This document shows positions 12,001 to 52,300 of a stretch of 64,000 nt of DNA, piece after piece. Location of the stretch: contig CP154954.1 of the NCBI GenBank assembly GCA_039621445.1, forward strand, positions 11,402,716-11,466,715. The letters are read 5' to 3'. The notes below the pieces were generated by a model. It saw only the letters and a program-made list of their open reading frames with translations, searched no databases and was not told where the DNA came from. The DNA comes from Euglena gracilis. Its lineage: Eukaryota. The translations under genes were made by a program, and so were the position numbers. Each line of letters starts with the position of its first letter. Position 1 is the stretch's first letter.

Positions 12001-13506
12001 TTCATTCACTTTCATTCCTTCTCAGATTCTTCCAGAGGGGTTCCAGAGGGGGTTTTAAGACCTGAGAGAGACCTGAGAGAGATGGAGGGGGGTCGGTTTT
12101 GGGGGGAGCTGAATTGCAGGCTTGAAATGGCCCACACCCACCCCAGAATTGTGCGTCACCCACCCCAAACCCAATAAACTCCCACAGAAGTCGAACGAAC
12201 CCACCCCGCCCGGCCTGAGATTAAACGCGTTAGCCACCTACCGGGCCCCTTTGCCCAGGTTACTTCCAGAACAAAAAAGTGCCCATAGTGGCGCAGGCGA
12301 CACACCTTGTCGAAGTATATCATCACCCCCCCACTGGTGCCGCACGGGATGTCGCGGACTACGTCGGTCTGCATAGTTGTCTGCAAAGACAGGCGCAAAT
12401 CGCACAACATCACACAACATCACAAATCACAAATCACATTTCATGTGCACGCAGCGCCAAGAAAGAATGCGAGGGAATCAGAACGAACCATTAATAACTG
12501 GTCGCTACGCAACCCAAAAAATTTCTGGGACAAAATGCAAGCCGTGCTGGTGAGTTAAACCAACACTTCCCGAATAGCGGGAGCCAAACCCAGGCGCGAA
12601 ACGATACCTGCCCAAATTGAAGCAACTCCCTGCGAAAAAGCACGATGCAAATCAGACCAAACCCCAAGGTAAAATTACAAGGTTGCTGTTTACCCATTGC
12701 TATCGGTCAATATTAAAGGCTTGATTATTCCCCTTCTTTTTGGAATCTACGATGGCAAGCATGCCGTTTCCCCCCAAAAAAGGTTAATCTTGGTCTCCCT
12801 TTCGGAAGAAAGTACGACCCCCACCCCGATAGACAGTTACGTGCCACGTTTGTGTCTGGAAATTCAGGAACGATCTGGGCAGCTTGAAAGCAGAGGACCT
12901 GCACGTGGGCCACGCGGGTGACGAAGGGGTTGTGCATGTGGAGGCCGGGCTCCGTGACCGAGTCCACGAGGGCCCCGAAGCGCCAGTAGATGCCTGGGGC
13001 CACCAGGCACGGCCCAGCCAGCGACACGCCGACGATGGCAGGTCGCCAGTTGGGCTCCCATCCAATTTTGAGAAGGAAAATTATGCACGGGACATATTTA
13101 ATTTCATTTAATTGAATTTAAATTTAATAAATTGAATTTAATGAATTAATTTACTAAATTAATTTAAATTAAATAAATAATAAATTAAATTAATAAATAA
13201 AAAATTTCATGATTGCCTTGGTCTCCCCATGCAACACAGCCTCGGGCGTGGGAGTTTGTTGCTGCTGGAGTACAATGGAGATGGGAAAATTGCATTTGAA
13301 AAGCCCCTAAACCCTCAAGGGGGGCAGGGAATAATTTCAAAAAAATCATCTTCAGTCTGAGATGGGTGGATGGACACATAACATGTGCCTCGCAAACGCA
13401 CGCCCATACCGACATGGCCCTCCGGGATGGTGTGGAAGGGCCGGAACACCCCCAGCAGCAAGACCGGGACGAGCGCCAACACAAAGAAAACGTGGGAGGG
13501 CTCCAT
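51..13506 (-). CDS. ERLIN: Erlin (ER lipid raft SPFH/band-7 protein), 13 exons, 370 aa
   Basis: Hand-spliced exons (minus): 13506-13410, 12993-12899, 12380-12306, 10760-10681, 10263-10211, 7412-7326, 6348-6239, 5123-5018, 4548-4508, 3452-3358, 1714-1635, 555-461, 149-51 = 1113 nt, open frame ending TGA. N-terminal hydrophobic anchor, then erlin-type motifs [82 protein letters not shown]. Confidence 0.93.
556..1634 (-). other. Nonconventional intron (erlin intron 11)
   Basis: 5' GGC-CAGGGCC ... GGCCCTG-GGGCC 3'; no GT-AG; removal gives the in-frame [10 protein letters not shown]. Confidence 0.85.
628..785. repeat. Minisatellite (TTGCGGAAA[A])n
   Basis: About 16 tandem 9-10-nt units. Confidence 0.9.
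1715..3357 (-). other. Nonconventional intron (erlin intron 10)
   Basis: 5' GAG-CAGAG ... CTCTG-CCGGG 3'; removal gives QL-E-SDIL. Confidence 0.85.
2845..3202 (+). mobile_element. TA-flanked MITE family A
   Basis: TIR AACCCCCCACTTATAAACCCCC; the core CGGTTTGGTTGGCCGGCC...GTTGGTGAAAATCCGAC recurs at 22301, 48931 and 55851. Confidence 0.82.
4549..5017 (-). other. Nonconventional intron (erlin intron 8)
   Basis: 5' GGG-CAGGGC ... GCCCTG-GGCGC 3'; removal gives EA-Q-VSL; junction 8-mers GGCGCGGG / GGCGCAGG. Confidence 0.8.
5124..6238 (-). other. Nonconventional intron (erlin intron 7)
   Basis: 5' ATC-CTGCCTGGAACG ... CGTTCGGGGCTG-CCGGG 3'; phase 0, QQ|DQEVV. Confidence 0.75.
5175..5395. mobile_element. 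hAT-like MITE, 8-bp TSD AACCACAC
   Basis: Ends CAGGGGTTTTTTTTAA ... TTAAAAAAATCCCTG; AACCACAC at 5167-5174 and 5396-5403. Confidence 0.88.
6470..6615. mobile_element. Small TA-flanked MITE (ATAAGACC repeats)
   Basis: TAAACCCCCCAAACATAAGACCC ... GGGTCTTATTTTTGGGGGGTTTA. Confidence 0.7.
7413..10210 (-). other. Intermediate/nonconventional intron (erlin intron 5), GT start, non-AG end
   Basis: 5' GTC-CGGGGCAATTCTGA pairs 13/14 with TCAGAACTGCCCCG-CCCCC 3'; removal gives HS-L-RDVYIE. Confidence 0.88.
7813..9582. mobile_element. ~1.77-kb element bounded by ~46-bp inverted repeats
   Basis: GGGGGGTCGCTGAGCTCTTATCCCTTTATGGGTAAGAGTGAAGCTT at 7813-7858 is inverted at 9537-9582; internal ~163-bp tandem repeat at 8360-8800. 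Confidence 0.7.
10264..10680 (-). other. Nonconventional intron (erlin intron 4)
   Basis: 5' GGCGAGGCCTCTTTTAAA pairs with TTTAAAAACGATGCCTG-GTGCG 3'; removal gives RV-W-IFDK. Confidence 0.8.
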
Positions 13507-13519
13507 ATGGCAAACGGAT

Positions 13520-13560
13520 CTGCGCCAGCAAATTGATCGGAGCAGACACAGAGCAAATAA
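13520..13560 (-). promoter_or_regulatory. Putative spliced-leader trans-splice acceptor of erlin
   Basis: Pyrimidine-rich stretch ending GCAG 13 nt before the ATG. Similar: CTGCAG 11 nt before the Ku80 ATG, and CACAG directly before the RRM ATG. Confidence 0.5.
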
Positions 13561-13863
13561 TCCTTCAGAGTTGCATGAATTGGCCCAAATCTGGGGCCTC
13601 TATGGTTCGATTTCTCTGGGTATGAATGCCACAGGAATGCTGTTTACCATGGAATCTGGTCACAATGACGAACACCATTCTGGTGAACAGGAGATCTGGA
13701 CGGCGAACTGACTGCTTTGCCTCCCATGGGGTCGAATTTCCGCTGTCAAAACGCCCTCGTTTTCGGGTAATGCAGAGTGACACGGCGCGGCCCCTCGAGA
13801 AGCCCAAGGCACCACATTTGCAGGTTTGCGGTACGAAAGGGGGACGGGGCACCTGGGGGCAGG

Positions 13864-41280
<27,417 letters not shown>

Positions 41281-42332
41281 GAGCAACGGGACTGCAGCGC
41301 AAACGGTGCATGCATGAACCCTTCGTGTGAAATGAGCACCACTTGAAAAGACCAAAAATCTCCCAGTCACCATTTCCCCATCCATAAACGATGGCATGTG
41401 ACTGCGGTGCTTGGTGGGTTGGCGGGCAAAAGCCCCCATTCTGTGTATATGACCCCCCCTCAAAAAGGGAAGATTGGTATGCTGTAAAAACAAGCTTAAA
41501 TATCCACCTGCGAGTCAAACACAAAAAATACCGCACAAATTTATACGTTGTTGCTTCGGGTATGCCTTTTTTGCTTTGACATCCAAAAAATGTGCATATT
41601 CAAAACAAAAAATTGATAAGTTGAACATCGTTCCATGCCTGCGGGACACATACCCAAAATGCATTGAACTGAACCGATGGGGGGCCAGCTGTGCAATTAA
41701 AACAGATGTGCTGATGTGCCAGCACAGAGGTGGAAAACGTCCGGAGGGTTGCAGTGCGCCAGTGTGTGGCGCTCCGTAAGGAAGGTGAAGAACGGTAGTG
41801 CAGGAGTGACGGTGTGGTGTGAGGGGAGCCGGGTTGTTACGGGGAGGGCTCCTCCGGAGCGGCGGTGGGACGCCGGGGAGGGGAGGCAGCTCTGCCTCAG
41901 CCGCCAGAAGCGGTCTCGCTAAACGGAAATCCGTTTCTCGGAGACACAAGAATTACTGAGTGCGCAAAGAAGAATATGAGACACAAAAAATGAGGACCAA
42001 AACGAATATACATACACCCCGATTTTGCTGTCAAAGAAACGCAACCTGTGGAGATTTGAGGCAGTTTCCAATATGATGTGACCTGGGTGGCCAAAAAGTG
42101 CACAATCGGCAGCATGGAGAAGACAGCTTCTTCAGGTGGTGGCAACCTCACCGCACACATTGTAACAGACCGGTGGGATTCACCCCTGATACGCCTGGGC
42201 CTTAACACGTTTGCGAAACGGAACTGAATTGCCCACCAAATATCACTTCCAGGCCATGTTTCTTCAATATCTCTGATACAATCAGCCACCAGCACCAACG
42301 TCTTGCGTATGTGAGCATGTGTGTGTGTGTGT

Positions 42333-42372
<40 letters not shown>

Positions 42373-42697
42373 CTGTTCCGGTCAACCGTGTGAAAGATTA
42401 CTTTCCAGGCCGAGATACAAATGGACACTTTCCAGCACAACCAGAAAGAGCCGTAGATATCACAGAGCACATCTCCAATCTGACTGACTGAATGATGCCG
42501 CTGTGGGCTTTTTGCACACACCACAATTTGTGTGTTTGCAAAAGCAAGGTGAACATGTGTATTGAAATGTGCATGTTGTATAATGAAAAACCCATTTCGA
42601 ATCGATACTGCGAGGGAGCGAACACATTCAAACTAGAAGAAGAAGAGAATTTGTGTTCGTTGGGCACGGAGGGGAGGGGGCACGGTCCGTCGCAACA

Positions 42698-45600
42698 CTA
42701 ACGCCCGGCACAGACGGCCCCGGCACACTGCGGGCCGAGCGCCGGCGAGGCCGACCCCGCACGCGCCCCTTGCGCCTTCCGCGTGGCGGAGGGCACCGAC
42801 AGCTGCACCCGGGCCCAGCCGCCCGCTTCCTGTCCTTCGCTTCGGCGGCGAGAGGGAGAACCGCCCGCGCGTGCGACACAAAACACTTCGGATGATTTGG
42901 GGCGACCGAAATTGTGGGCAGGGTTGGCCGTGCCACTGCTTGGGAGGTGATCGGAGGGTTCCGGACCACCTCCACCCCGAAGCCAAACAACCCCTGGGGG
43001 GGGGGTAGGTTGGCGCACACCTTGCCAGGGCAGAGCGGAAGGCCAGTTGGGGGGGTCGACCCCCCCCCACCACCACCACCCTGGCAGTTTGGTCATTCCC
43101 GTTCTGCCCTGCCCCCTGACGTGGGCCGATTTCAGTTTGGAAGCAAGTCGGATGCAAGCGGGGGGGGGGGATCATGCATGGTGTGTGCTCCCGATGGCAA
43201 ATCCAGATGGGCGGGGGCACCGAGGTTTGCATTGGAGGAAACGGAGGCCTGTACGGATGGTCCGCCCCTGGACGGACCGCCCATTGGTCGGGGCAGGTTG
43301 GGGCACTGCCCACCCGTGCTGTGTGTGAACAACAGAGACCAACCCTCCCAAAATCCCAGGTCCTTAAATCCTGGGTCTGGGTATTTTGGGGGTCATTAAC
43401 ATAACATTAACAACATTAACATAACATAACATAACATTAACAAAGACCTGTTTTAATATCCCAGGACCATGGGAAATGAAAGATGGAATTTACTTTGAAT
43501 CTGATTTGCGCAGTTGCGCAAATGATTGACCCCTGGGGGATATGGAAACAATATTTTTTTTTTCAAAGACGTTATCACCCAATTCCCAACCCCCCAATGC
43601 TTTTGAGGTCAAGTCATTATCGTTGGGCTTTTGAAGCACCATTGATCTGTGCGTGCGCAATGAAGTGGCCCAAATAACTTGGCAGGGAGCAGGTCGAAAA
43701 GACAATTTGGCACTCCTCCGAGTAAGGGGAGGGGGATCACAAAAAACCACTTTTCTTCTGCCTATGCATATACATGTGTGTATATGTACATATTGGATAT
43801 ACATGCACATATGTAAATATACATATGTGCATATAACACGCATACATGTACACATGCATGCACATATATATTATATATACATATATAATATTATATATTA
43901 TATATTGTATATTATTTATATATATTATATTTAACACAAATACATGTATATGTTATGCATGTGTTTTATGATATATTATATGTATGTACATAAATGTGTG
44001 TGCATACAGGTACATACATGTACATACACATACACACATATATACATACATACATACATACATATATATATATGACCATGTATTATATGCCATAATATAT
44101 TATATAACCTGTGGGCAAACTCTTCGAGGTCTAGATTAAAAAGTCACAATAAATTCTGGATCCATCTGCCAGAGGTTGGCCATTTTTTTTATTGAGCATA
44201 TGATTTCTGCAAATTGAAAGCAATTTCCATTACTTTGTGCCCACTCCCTCTTCCCCCCCATCTTGTCCCAAAATAATTTCCTCACATTGTCACACTCTTA
44301 CCATATTGTGTGTTAATGTATGTATATATATTTATATCATATATCATATATTTTTCTATATGTTTTAATGCATGATATATCATATTATACATATATTATA
44401 CATTATATTATATCATTATATGTGCATTCCATGTATTATAATGTTAATAATATGCATAATGTGTACATATACGTACATATATATGCACAAATTGTGTGGG
44501 TGTGTCTGGTCATCGGACCTCTTCGCTCCTCGATGAGGTTTTTTGTGTCATTTATGAAAAGAAAACTAGGAAGAAAGGGCACTGGGGGGTGCCAAATATA
44601 TGAACAAGGCACCAGGCGACTCCCAAATAATTTGGGGGGGGTCCATCAGGTGTATCCAGTGGAACTGAGAATCAATAAAATTAAATCCAGCAAATTTGGT
44701 TGCAAATAAAACTGAGCGGGAACACTTCGACTTTACTCTCTCTGCAGGGATTGCAGGGATTACCTCTGTTTTGTGTTGGGAACCCAAAATTCTCATTCGT
44801 GATTTCCCTGATTTTTTTGTGCGATTTTTTGTGTGGTTTTCATGCTACAAGAATCGTCTGGTCTGACTGTCACTTGGGCCACATACATTTTCATGTGGCA
44901 CTCCAAGTCCTTGAGGTCATTTTTTGTACTTTTTCCGAAAATTTAGCATTTTTGGAGGCCAGGTGATCCAGAAAAAACGATTTTTTCTCGTAATTTTGTT
45001 GCCAGGGATTGTGATTTTTACCTACATTTTCAGGTCAAAATCAGGGTCGTCGGCCCGAGATTGGGGGGGGGGTGTATTTGTGTTAACTCGGTCGCCGAAG
45101 TCGGACCCGGGGGGGGTATTATTTGGGGCGAGGTTTTACCATACCTCCCCACCCCTCGTAATTTTCATCCCCCTCCCTTGCTCAAATGTTACCCCGGGAA
45201 TGCATCGCCCCAATCTGTTCCGCCCTAATTGTCAGCCCCTGCTGACTTTGCCCTAAAAAACGGCCTGAAATGACATTCTGGACAATTCTTGGGTGGAAAT
45301 ACTCCAAACTGCCCCTCCCCTGGCAAAGAATTGAGAGATTACCTGGGGTGCCCCAGGGAACTCTTTTCCATTTTGGGCAATGAGTGAGAAATTTCCATCC
45401 CCCTCTGAGCTGCCGAATTCTGTACCCTCTGGGGGAGTTTGTCACGCAACAAACGTATACAATATGAATGAAAATTAAGGTAAGACACGATACAGGGATT
45501 TCTGTACTTTGTCCACTGGAAAATCACGAAAGAAATCATGAATCAGTACGTAAATGGAGCTTTCCCCAAAATCAGGAGGTTGATTTCTTGAACAGATATG

Positions 45601-47851
45601 TTCTTTTCACTCCCTCCGTGTCGTCGTTTTTTTGTTTGTCTTTGTTTTTTTTTCACTCTTTGCAGTCATGCCATTTTCTGATTCGGGGGGTTTGAGTGCT
45701 GTTTTGGGTCCTGTGGGACTTCGAGAAATTTTGGGTGCTATTACCCCCCAAATAATGCTCCCCCCCCTCGGGCCTGGACTTCGGGTGAGAAAATAATACC
45801 CCGGAGGGTATTATTTGGGGGGGGGGTTATGCTTTGCCCGGCCATTTGGCCATTTGGGCCATTTGGGGGACGGCAACTTTGGGGCGGATGAACGCCCGCA
45901 ACCCCGGTGGGCCAACGGGCCGGGGCTAAATCACAGCATTCTTTCATGTCATTGTTTGTCTTTAGCCTCTTCGTCAGATGTCCGGATTTGTAACCCCCCC
46001 CCCAAATAATACCCCCCCCCCCGGGGTATTATTTTTTCGCCCGAAGCCCCGGCCCGGGGGGGGTATTATTTGGGGGGGGTATTATTTTTCCAAAATTTTC
46101 GATATTTTTCGAAGTCCCGTAAAACCCAAAATAGCACCCCAAACCCCCTTTGGGGTCATTTTTTGCACTTTCTTGTGAAAAAACCATTTTATGGAGGTCA
46201 GATGAGCCAGAAAAATTGATTTTTTTCGTAATTTGTTGTCAGAGATTGTGGTTTTTACCGACATTTTCAGGTCAAAAATCCGGGCCTTTGGCCCGGAACA
46301 GGGGGGGGGTATTATTTCGGCGGCCGAAGCCGGACCCCGAGGGGGGGGGTATTATTTGGGGGGGGTATTATTTGGGGGGGGGTATTATTTGGGGGGGTTT
46401 ACCCCCCCGGGCAATTGTCACGCGACATATCGGGCTACATGGGGGGGGGTGACAATTTCCTGGGGTGACAATTTGGCCGGCACAGAGGGGGGTGACAATT
46501 GCCCGGGTGCGTCAATTGCCCGAGGGGGGGGGGCGGGTACCCGAAAGAACACAATGGAATTGGTTTGCCCCGTGCAAATGTCTGGCTTGGTGGGTTGGAG
46601 CGGGGCAACAACCTGGCTTGTTGGAGGGCCGCGGAGGCTGCGTCCGAGTCCACAAACTTGACGAAGCCGAACCCGTTGGACTTGCCGGTGTGGAAGTCCC
46701 GGATCACCTTCGCGTTGAGCTGCCCAAGGAATGGAATTGGTTGGTTGGAACGGTTGGGAAAACCCCGCGCGCCGGCGAAGAAAAGAGATGGGCTTTTCGG
46801 TTCCAGAGTTAGAAAGATAGAAACAAAAAGGCACCGTTGCCATTATTGTGCTGCACCAAAACTCTGCAAGTGTCAAGCGTTCGGTAGGACGGTTTCTTCT
46901 GAAAATGGAAGCTTCTCCACAGCCCAAACTGGTTCCGAATGGCCACTTGTTTTGAAGTGGGTATGGTTCTTTTGGGGGTGGGGCACTTTGGGAGTGCCGT
47001 TGGTTCTCACCCAGCCTGGACCGCCACCAGCGAAGTATCTGCGATCACCTCAAACATATTAGTGTATATGTCTTGCATTTTTTCCATTTTCTCGTAGTGT
47101 CTGTCATCCGCCGCGAGAACAAATGAAATGCAATCGCGGCCACACGAAAGCACCTTCCCTAAATTTGATGGGGTTCTGGAGCCCGACCTTCCCCGGAAAT
47201 TATCGACGTCCTTGAGGAGTTGCCACCGAAAAAGCAAGTAGAAGCCTGGACGACAGTTTCCACATGACTAGTTGGACAGTTCAGGCCAAGGGGACAACCA
47301 TGTAGGGAGGGGGGACCTCTTGGGGTGTTATGTATGGAGTACATACATACATACTACATACATATGGGAGGCGCTTGGAAAGAGGGGAGGCGACATAAAG
47401 ATTTCTGGAATATATGGACGTTCAATAAGCTCACGGTTCTCAAATATGATCTGTGGAGTGAAATTGGTTTTTTTTAAAAAAAAAGATCAGGCAAAAGATG
47501 AATTGGAAGAGATGGATGTGAGCCAACGAAATGGTGGTCGAACAACGGGAAGGAGCCTTTGAGCATTCACAACTCTGACCTCACCCGTAAAAAATGATCG
47601 CGAAAATGTCCGTGCAAAACGGGGGGCAGAAACTTCCATGATGAATGGAAGGATGAGGTTCTGCGGCGTCCCATTACCTCCTGAACTGCCAGTCACCCTC
47701 AATCGGGGCAACCCTGCCACACCTGCCCAGCCCGGGGGAAGATGGCCGCCAGCTCCGCGTCGTCAACGCTGAAGGGCAGGTTCCCGACAAAGAGCTCCGC
47801 TGCCCGGAGGGCGGGCGTGGGTCGCAGCAGTAACATGGCGGCCCGGCGCAT
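42698..47851 (-). CDS. Single-RRM RNA-binding protein, possibly with an organellar presequence
   Basis: Exons 47851-47723 (MRRAAMLLLRPTPALRAAELFVGNLPFSVDDAEL, RNP2), 46719-~46620 (AKVIRDFHTGKSNGFGFVKF, RNP1), ~43289-43255 (NGRSVQGRTI), 42810 onwards (RVQLS...). The 3' end is uncertain: in-frame TAG at 42698, or further splicing to the GC-rich segment at ~41750-41920. Confidence 0.8.
42811..43254 (-). other. Intermediate intron (RRM gene), GT start with CAG/CTG stem
   Basis: 5' GTA-CAG ... CTG-GGCCC 3'; in-frame TI-R-VQLS. Confidence 0.75.
45742..46401. mobile_element. MITE or composite with AAATAAT/ATTATTT repeats
   Basis: TACCCCCCAAATAAT ... ATTATTTGGGGGGGTTTA; a partial related copy lies at 44950-45130. 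Confidence 0.65.
46400..46539 (+). mobile_element. Small MITE with TGACAATT repeats
   Basis: Copy of 36244-36381. Confidence 0.75.
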
Positions 47852-48930
47852 CTGTGGGGGGCGTGGCGGATAAAAAAAACTGACATTTTCGGCTCCAACC
47901 AAAAATGAGCTTTTCGTATACACACGATCAGAGCTCAAAATAGTGTACACAACCGTTTTTTTCCCAACGGAAATTGTTTGGATAGGTGAGGCGGGGAGTT
48001 TCACATATTCTTGCTGGTTTCGCCGATCCCCTGAGGGCTTGGGGGGACTTTGTGCAAGCTGGACCCTACCCTACCCCCAGGTGGGGCCACAGCCAGCCAG
48101 GACCTTCTTCAAGACAGCAGCTCCAAGCTGGACTGGGAACCCCCCCCCCCCCGGGGTCGAGCGGAAATAAAATTCTTTGCAGCCTGGCGAAGCCGGAATG
48201 GACCAAAAATATTTCGGCGCCATTTTCGAGAAGGGGGGGGGTCAAAATGGCCAAAAATGGCCAGAGAAATTCCCTGACTTCCTGGAAAAAAAAGGTCAGG
48301 GGTGAACCTTGAAAATAGGGGCTACCCACCAGGATCCATCCGCTCCCACCCCCTGGCTTTGGGATCTGGCCCCACCCACATGACAAGAGGTCATCCATTA
48401 GCGGTTGGTGGTTGTTGGTTGGTCTGCAACCGGTTTCCAACTACGTGTGGTTGGGCGCTGGCCGGTAATAGCAACTGTTGTGGGATGAATAGGAAAACAA
48501 AACAATCGCCAAAATTAAGAAAATAAAAAATAAACAGTAAACTTATGAAGTTATTTCTTTTTTTTTTTTAATAAATGAACAAAATTAATTAAAAATACAT
48601 ATACATCACAGGCGAACTTTTCAGTCGGTGAAGCTGCACAACTTTGAATTTCACAGGGGCGGAGGTCCGCTGAAATATCTGGACCTGATTACTGTGGAAA
48701 AGAAACAGTTCTCCAAGATTCTGCTTCCCACAACCCAACGCGACAGCGGGGGGAACACTGCGCTGCACCGTCAGTCGCGTTAGCGTCCAGTACAGCAAGC
48801 ATTGGGCCCCGAGGCAGTCACCACGGACACAGCAACCCAGCAACGTCCGGCGGAGGGTGCTTCGTCTCGCAGCCAGGGCTGCATGGGAAGGACTGGCGGG
48901 GGGGGTCGACCCCCCATCACCCATAACCCA

Positions 48931-49243
48931 TAACCCCCCCCCCACTTATAAACCCCCAGGGTTTATGGATCTGGTTTGGTTGGTCAGCCGAGGGGGGGGG
49001 GTTAAATGGGGGGTTTATAACTAACTAGTATAAATCAAGGAGTTGTTGGTGAAAATCCGAGCCCCAAAATGACCCCGAAACCCCCCAAATGGCAGTTTTG
49101 GCAAATTTGGTCAAAAATGGCATTTTTGATGATGGTCGGTCTCAAAAAGTTGCCATCAGTTTTTGTGTTGTCGCGGCAGAACAAGTCGTCCCCGGCGGCT
49201 TTCATTTTTCTTCCTCGGGGGGGGTTTATAAGTGGGGGGGGTT
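48931..49243 (+). mobile_element. MITE family A
   Basis: Copy of 2845-3202; followed by (TTTGGGG)n. Confidence 0.8.
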
Positions 49244-49319
49244 TGGGGTTTGGGGTTTGGGGTTTGGGGATCACTGGACAACCCTGATCGTAGCCTAGTG
49301 TCGCGGAGGCGTGTTGAGG

Positions 49320-52300
49320 CTACGGGGCTATGGGGCGGGCGGGGCCGGGGGGGTCCCCCACCAGCTCCTTCTTCAGGTCGGGGTGGGCGTTGACGTAGGC
49401 CGGCCGCGGGCCGCGGTGCCAGTGCCCCGGTCCGGGAGTGTTCTTGGGAACTCCACAACGGAGTTTGGGACCTTTGCGGTTTCGCCCTCCCTCATCTTTT
49501 TGTCCATGTTCTTTTTTTTATTTAGTTTATCTTGACAAATTATGATTATTATATTATATATATATATATTATATATAATAATAATATATATAATATTATA
49601 TATGTATAATATTATTATATTATATATAATATAATATATATATATATATATTATATATTATATTATTATTCTTATTATTATTATTATTATTATGATTATT
49701 ATATTATTATTATACTTGATTCTTTTTTGGCAAAAGGTCCAGGATGCTTTATGCCTGACCCTGATAGAGTATGACATGTGCTTATCAACAAACGCCAAAA
49801 TACATCCCCTCTGTTGGAGTCCCAGCTGCGGCAATGGAATGCGAGACGGCGGCCCGGGCTCGAACTTGCTCTTCGCTTTGGTGTATGTCTTTCCGAACTG
49901 CTTCGCACAGACCTCGATGTCACCCAGCAAAGGGCTGTGCGCGTGCGTGTGCGTGCTTGCGTGCGTACGTGCGTAGTATGTGTGCTCTGTGCGCACAACC
50001 GCGAGAAATGTGATAATTCAAAAAAATGTGTTGGGAGAGAGTCCAGCGGCAGTTTCCCAGGGGATAGGTAATCGGCAAAAAAAATTACCACACATCAGAG
50101 AGGGACAACCAAGGAGATTTCGAACTCCAGAAAGGTTTCGGCAGAAAAAACAATCCACAAATGCCCTGCCAACACGGGTGTGTGTCGCCGAAGGTAAACA
50201 TTGGACAAACAATGCACATTTTTCTTTGTGTCTGCTATGGGTAGGCACCCCGTAACACAGGCACGGGGCGGGTAGAAAGAAACTTGGTCATGACCAAGGC
50301 TTGGCCAGAGCCATGGTTGAAGGCCAGGTCGGGGGGCCAACCTCAGGGGGCCAAGTTTTCATGTTTGCATGTGAAGAATTTTGGCAGGCCACGCACAAAA
50401 TAGGCCAAAAATCTTGAAAACGGGGGGGACCAAGGTCGCAGGTTAAGGCCGACGACCAACTTTCGCGGGGCCAAATTCGCATGGAAGGAGGAGGGGGGAC
50501 CAAGCCCCTGGGGGGGGGGGCGGCCAAGGGCTGGCGGGGGGTATCCAGCTTAACGGGAAACCCCGCTGTCCACCGATTTGGCCTCGAGGCACGGACCTCC
50601 CCCCCTCCGTGCGGGGTGGGCGGCACACTCCCGGGCCCGCTCCGCCTTCGCCCGCTCTTTGGGGTCCCCCGCGGGACCGACGGCAACGTGGGCGCTGCCG
50701 CGCGGAAACGCCGTGCCCGGGACTCGGACGCCTGTTTCGCCCCCCCCCCCTGTGTGCGCCGTGGCTGTTCGTTGGGTGCCGTTTATCCCTGCTTCTCGCC
50801 TGGCGCTGTTTTCTGCCCCTGTCCTTCGGCCCTGTTTTCCCGTGTGCGTGGAGGTGCCCCCCCCCCCCCCCCCCCCCGGGCTGTTGGGGCCCCCGGGGGC
50901 CAGGCTGAACGGCGGCCATCACTGGGCCGCTTTTCGGCGCCCCCCCCCCGTCTCGGCAGAACCTGCCAGGTTCTGGGTCATCTTCTTGGGGTTCCCCCCC
51001 CTCCGTGTCAAACAACTGGTAATGTTTGTCCTCCGACTGGGACGGGGCGTGGGACGCATGATACGATGGGCCATGATGGGTAAAGTCTGCCGGGCTGCAC
51101 TCGTTTTGCCGTGCCGCCGGAAGATTGGCTGTCGATCAAACGTGCGCGCACATGCGCATTGCGTCAGAAATTCACAGGACGCAAACTCTTAAATGTCAAA
51201 CTACCTCCCCCCCTTGTCCAACAACCACTAAATATCGCTACTGACCGGGGGGGGGGGTGGTCGCTATTTTGGCCAAATATCGCTACTGACCGGTGGTCGT
51301 TAGACAAGACCGGGGACAAATTTTTTCTGCCAAATCACCTGGTTTTGCCACCAAATATCGCCAAATCTGTAACAATGGTCACTGAATCTGTGCAAGTGGT
51401 CACAAAACGGCCAAAGGTGGTCAAAAGGGCAAAAAGTGGATAAAAGCGGTCAGAAGTGGCCTAAAATGGCCACAAATGTGCAAAAATAGCCAGAAGCAGC
51501 CAAAAAACTGGCATAAATGAAGCAAAAAAAGCATTCAAACAGCCAAAAAATGGTCTAAATTGCCAAATGCAGCCCAGAGTGACCAAAAGTGGCCAAAAGT
51601 GGTCCAAAATAGCCAAAAAATTGGCCAAAGAAGGCCAAAAGTGGCTGATTTGCAGGAAACCAGACAAAAAAAGCATGTAATGAACTACAGAATGGATACT
51701 GGTGGAAATTTTTGAAAATTGCTGGAGGGAAGAACGCGAACGTCTGGAAAAACAGATCACCTGGAAAAAGATCGCTACTGACCGGGGGGGGGGGTCGTTA
51801 GACAAGGTCGGTCGTTGGACAAGGGGGGGGGGAGGTGCAACACAAACACAAACACCCATAAACAAATTATCACACACATAACCCCCCATCCCAATCGAGA
51901 AACTGTCACCTGTGAGGTCAGACCTTGACAATGATAGGTCGGGTGGACCGGTGCCAGAGACCATGGCAGCTTCCTGTACTGGGCAATAACAATAAAAACT
52001 GCACTTCGGAAAACTAAATGAGTTATCGAGCCATTTAGATTCGACCCAGAAAAGGATCACGGCAGAATCGCCCCAAAGAGGGGGGTCTAGGAGTGCCCTA
52101 GAGGGGGAGTCGGTGCCTTCTTAATCGAGGGCCATAAAATGTTCAAAGTGGGCTTTTTCTGGGCTTCCGGTGCCTTCGGCGCTGGGGTGCAAGCGCACCC
52201 AGGCACCTCTGGCCACTTTCTCCTGTCCCGGGGGGGGGGGCTTGCCTTGAAAGCCTGCCCAGAACGTCAACAGAAAGAGGTTCCAGATGACTGGGCACCC

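Noticed and set aside
49235-49270. Telomere or chromosome end (TTTGGGG run; also 63500-63560)
   Set aside because: Only a few degenerate units, internal, and attached to repeat elements.
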